The notes under the pieces are model-generated. The model searched no databases. It was not told the origin of the DNA and saw only the letters and a list, made by a program, of their open reading frames with translations. From positions 1 to 36,432 of the IMG/VR virus record IMGVR_UViG_3300037440_000357: a stretch of 36,432 nucleotides of DNA. The stretch is one strand, 5' to 3'. Below, in pieces: positions 34,579 through 36,432 of this stretch. This DNA is from a virus. Its lineage: Duplodnaviria > Caudoviricetes. Each line of letters starts with the position of its first letter. Position 1 is the first letter of the stretch. Both the position numbers and the translations under genes were made by a program.

Positions 34579-35010
34579 TTAGAGAGTTTTGATGAATTGC
34601 TCTTCGAGCCGGGCGTACCCCATCCGGCGATAGAGATCGGAGACAGCGGCCGAGGGCGAGACGACCAGGCTCTTTTTGACGCCCCTGGCGCGCGCCCAGT
34701 TCTCGGCCTTCAGCAGCAGGCGCACGCCGCAGCCCCTTGCGCGCGGCAGAACATACCAGCACAGCTCCGACATCACGGCCTCGCCGGAATGCGGGTGATG
34801 CGTGGCAATGACGCCGATCGTGCCGACGATCTCGCCGGCTTCCTCCGCCACAAACACCGCGCCATGCGGCGCCTCGATCAGCATGGCGGCAAGCTGGGCG
34901 ATCGCGGCCTCGTTGATCGCCAGATGCTGGCCGTAGTCGCTTTCACGCATAAAGCGCACGCCCAGCTCGACCAGCCGCGGGATGTCGTCAGGCGTCGCCT
35001 CGCGGATCAT
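34579..35010 (-). CDS. GNAT acetyltransferase (P22 gp14 position)
   Basis: MIREATPDD, WYVLPRARG.G..LL..AE.WA, LYRRMGY. Confidence 0.8.
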   Translation of the reverse strand: MIREATPDDIPRLVELGVRFMRESDYGQHLAINEAAIAQLAAMLIEAPHGAVFVAEEAGEIVGTIGVIATHHPHSGEAVMSELCWYVLPRARGCGVRLLLKAENWARARGVKKSLVVSPSAAVSDLYRRMGYARLEEQFIKTL

Positions 35011-35960
35011 GGGGTGTAATAGACCTTGACCCAGATGGCATCGCAGCTTGCGGTTGAAAACGCACTCTGTGTACAACGAATTCGGACCTGGAATGTCGAG
35101 GCATTGATCTCAGCCGGGGTCCAGCTTAAGCCCCATAAGTCAGCAGCACCGCCATCATCAAAATTTGTAGGCGTTGATGTGAGAGTGTCACCAGGATTAT
35201 TTGACGTTGCGAGCGTTGAATCATCTTTACCGACATTTGCATAAGACCACGTGGGGCTTGTGCCAGTTCCCGACAGTTGCGCCCGCACTTCGATGCCGTC
35301 GATCGTTGCACCGCCCGGTATGGCCAAGCCGAAATCGCTGGCCTTCAGATCGTCGCCTTCCCCTGAACTGGCGCCTGGAGAATAAGTCGCGTTCGTCCCA
35401 TCGTCTGCTGTGATGTTCCCAGGGTTACTCCATGCATTTCGAGCTGTTGTATCAACAGTCGCGCCCGCGCCGGCAATCACGAAGCCTGTATCGGTAGGCG
35501 CGCCGGCTGTCTGGACAGTCGGCACCTGCCCGGCGATCTCCAGCGCTCCGGCCGGCGCGGCAATCAGCTGATCGACCTGCAGAACCGGCGCCAGTCCGGC
35601 AATCTCCATTGCCCCCGATGGCGCCGCGATCAGCTGGTCGGGAGTAATGCTTGGCGCCAGGCCCGCCATGATGATCTGCGCCGCGGGCGGTCCGATGACA
35701 AACCCGCCAGGCGCGATATTCAGCTCGCCGACGCAGAAGCGCAGCCGGGCGAAATAGGCCTTCCACTCCTTCGACCAGTCGCCGGTCTCCGGGTCGTGGA
35801 TCTGCTTGTTCTCCGGCCGCTTCAGCGCACAGGTCGAGCCCATGGAGATCAGCAGCCGCTCGATCAGATTGAACTCGGCGTCGAGTTCGACATCGAGGCG
35901 ACCGATCTGCGGCGCCAGCGGCGACCGCGCGGACCGCTGCTGGCCGCGCTCCTTCGGCAT
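35007..35960 (-). CDS. Putative tail-associated protein with internal repeats
   Basis: ATG 35960; WSKEWKAYF motif, DQLIAAP.GA.EIAG repeats, beta-rich C-terminal domain. Confidence 0.6.
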   Translation of the reverse strand: MPKERGQQRSARSPLAPQIGRLDVELDAEFNLIERLLISMGSTCALKRPENKQIHDPETGDWSKEWKAYFARLRFCVGELNIAPGGFVIGPPAAQIIMAGLAPSITPDQLIAAPSGAMEIAGLAPVLQVDQLIAAPAGALEIAGQVPTVQTAGAPTDTGFVIAGAGATVDTTARNAWSNPGNITADDGTNATYSPGASSGEGDDLKASDFGLAIPGGATIDGIEVRAQLSGTGTSPTWSYANVGKDDSTLATSNNPGDTLTSTPTNFDDGGAADLWGLSWTPAEINASTFQVRIRCTQSAFSTASCDAIWVKVYYTP

Positions 35961-35962
35961 GG

Positions 35963-36424
35963 CTACGGGTTGACCGTCAGTTGGAAGTAGCCGTTGGCGT
36001 TCAGCACGATGGTGAAATCGGCGCCGGACGCCGCCACGACGTCGGCGGGCGCATTGTCGAGCAGGCAATAGGCCAGCACCAGATCGCCATTCTCCAGCGT
36101 TGTGTCATTATCGGAGCGCACCAGCACGGCATAGCGCGCCGTTATCGAGCCGCCCGATGCCGTCCAGGTAGGGTCGTTGCTGTCGAAGGTGGCAACACCG
36201 GAGGTCTGGCTCCAGGTCGGCGTGATCTGGAACCCGTCCGTCGTGTAGCCGTTGGCCTCCGCCACCTCGTTCGCCGAAATATCGGACCAGGTGTCATGCG
36301 CCGCGCTCGGCGTATAGGACGAGGTGACGAGCGCCACAAAGAATGTGTCGGTGTCCAGATCGATGCCGCCATCGCCGATGCGCTCGGCGACGTGATCGTA
36401 GAGTTCCCAGGCGTCGGCGGTCAT
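35963..36424 (-). CDS. Virion structural protein
   Basis: IDLDTDTF.VAL.TSSYTP, EV...NGYT..G, WTASGGSITARYAV motifs of phage tail-associated proteins. Confidence 0.7.
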   Translation of the reverse strand: MTADAWELYDHVAERIGDGGIDLDTDTFFVALVTSSYTPSAAHDTWSDISANEVAEANGYTTDGFQITPTWSQTSGVATFDSNDPTWTASGGSITARYAVLVRSDNDTTLENGDLVLAYCLLDNAPADVVAASGADFTIVLNANGYFQLTVNP

Positions 36425-36432
36425 GCTGCTGG

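Noticed and set aside
34579-35010. GNAT as a toxin-antitoxin toxin
   Set aside because: No adjacent antitoxin; it is coupled within the virion operon at the usual gp14-like position

Overview
About 36 kb of a GC-rich temperate P22-like (podovirus-type) phage genome, probably from an alphaproteobacterial (Hyphomicrobiales-like) host. An intact attP with a tRNA-Glu 3'-end core lies mid-window with phage genes on both sides, so this is the excised/circular form; the capsid genes fall outside the window. Minus strand 11254->1: cro, tandem cold-shock protein, GcrA-like HTH, ssb, RepA-like helicase with a putative origin, terS, a split terL, portal, rha. Plus strand 11387->24536: cI, an alpha-r8/SuhB-like sRNA, YqaJ/RecT, MazG-like, NDT-like, RuvC, two xis paralogs, integrase, attP, then accessory genes (GT2, an array of nine hairpins, an outer-membrane beta-barrel, an HTH). 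Minus strand 36424->24550: tail and ejection proteins, an immI-like island, tail fibre, and a lysis cassette containing an Acb2-like anti-CBASS gene. The most striking observations are (1) terL cut inside its ATPase domain into two genes, separated by two gene cassettes that each end in a copy of the terL-N 3' end, and (2) a ~325-nt run of nine back-to-back hairpins ending in the alpha-r8 seed UUUCCUCCCU. All family calls are from motif recognition by eye; no searches were run.
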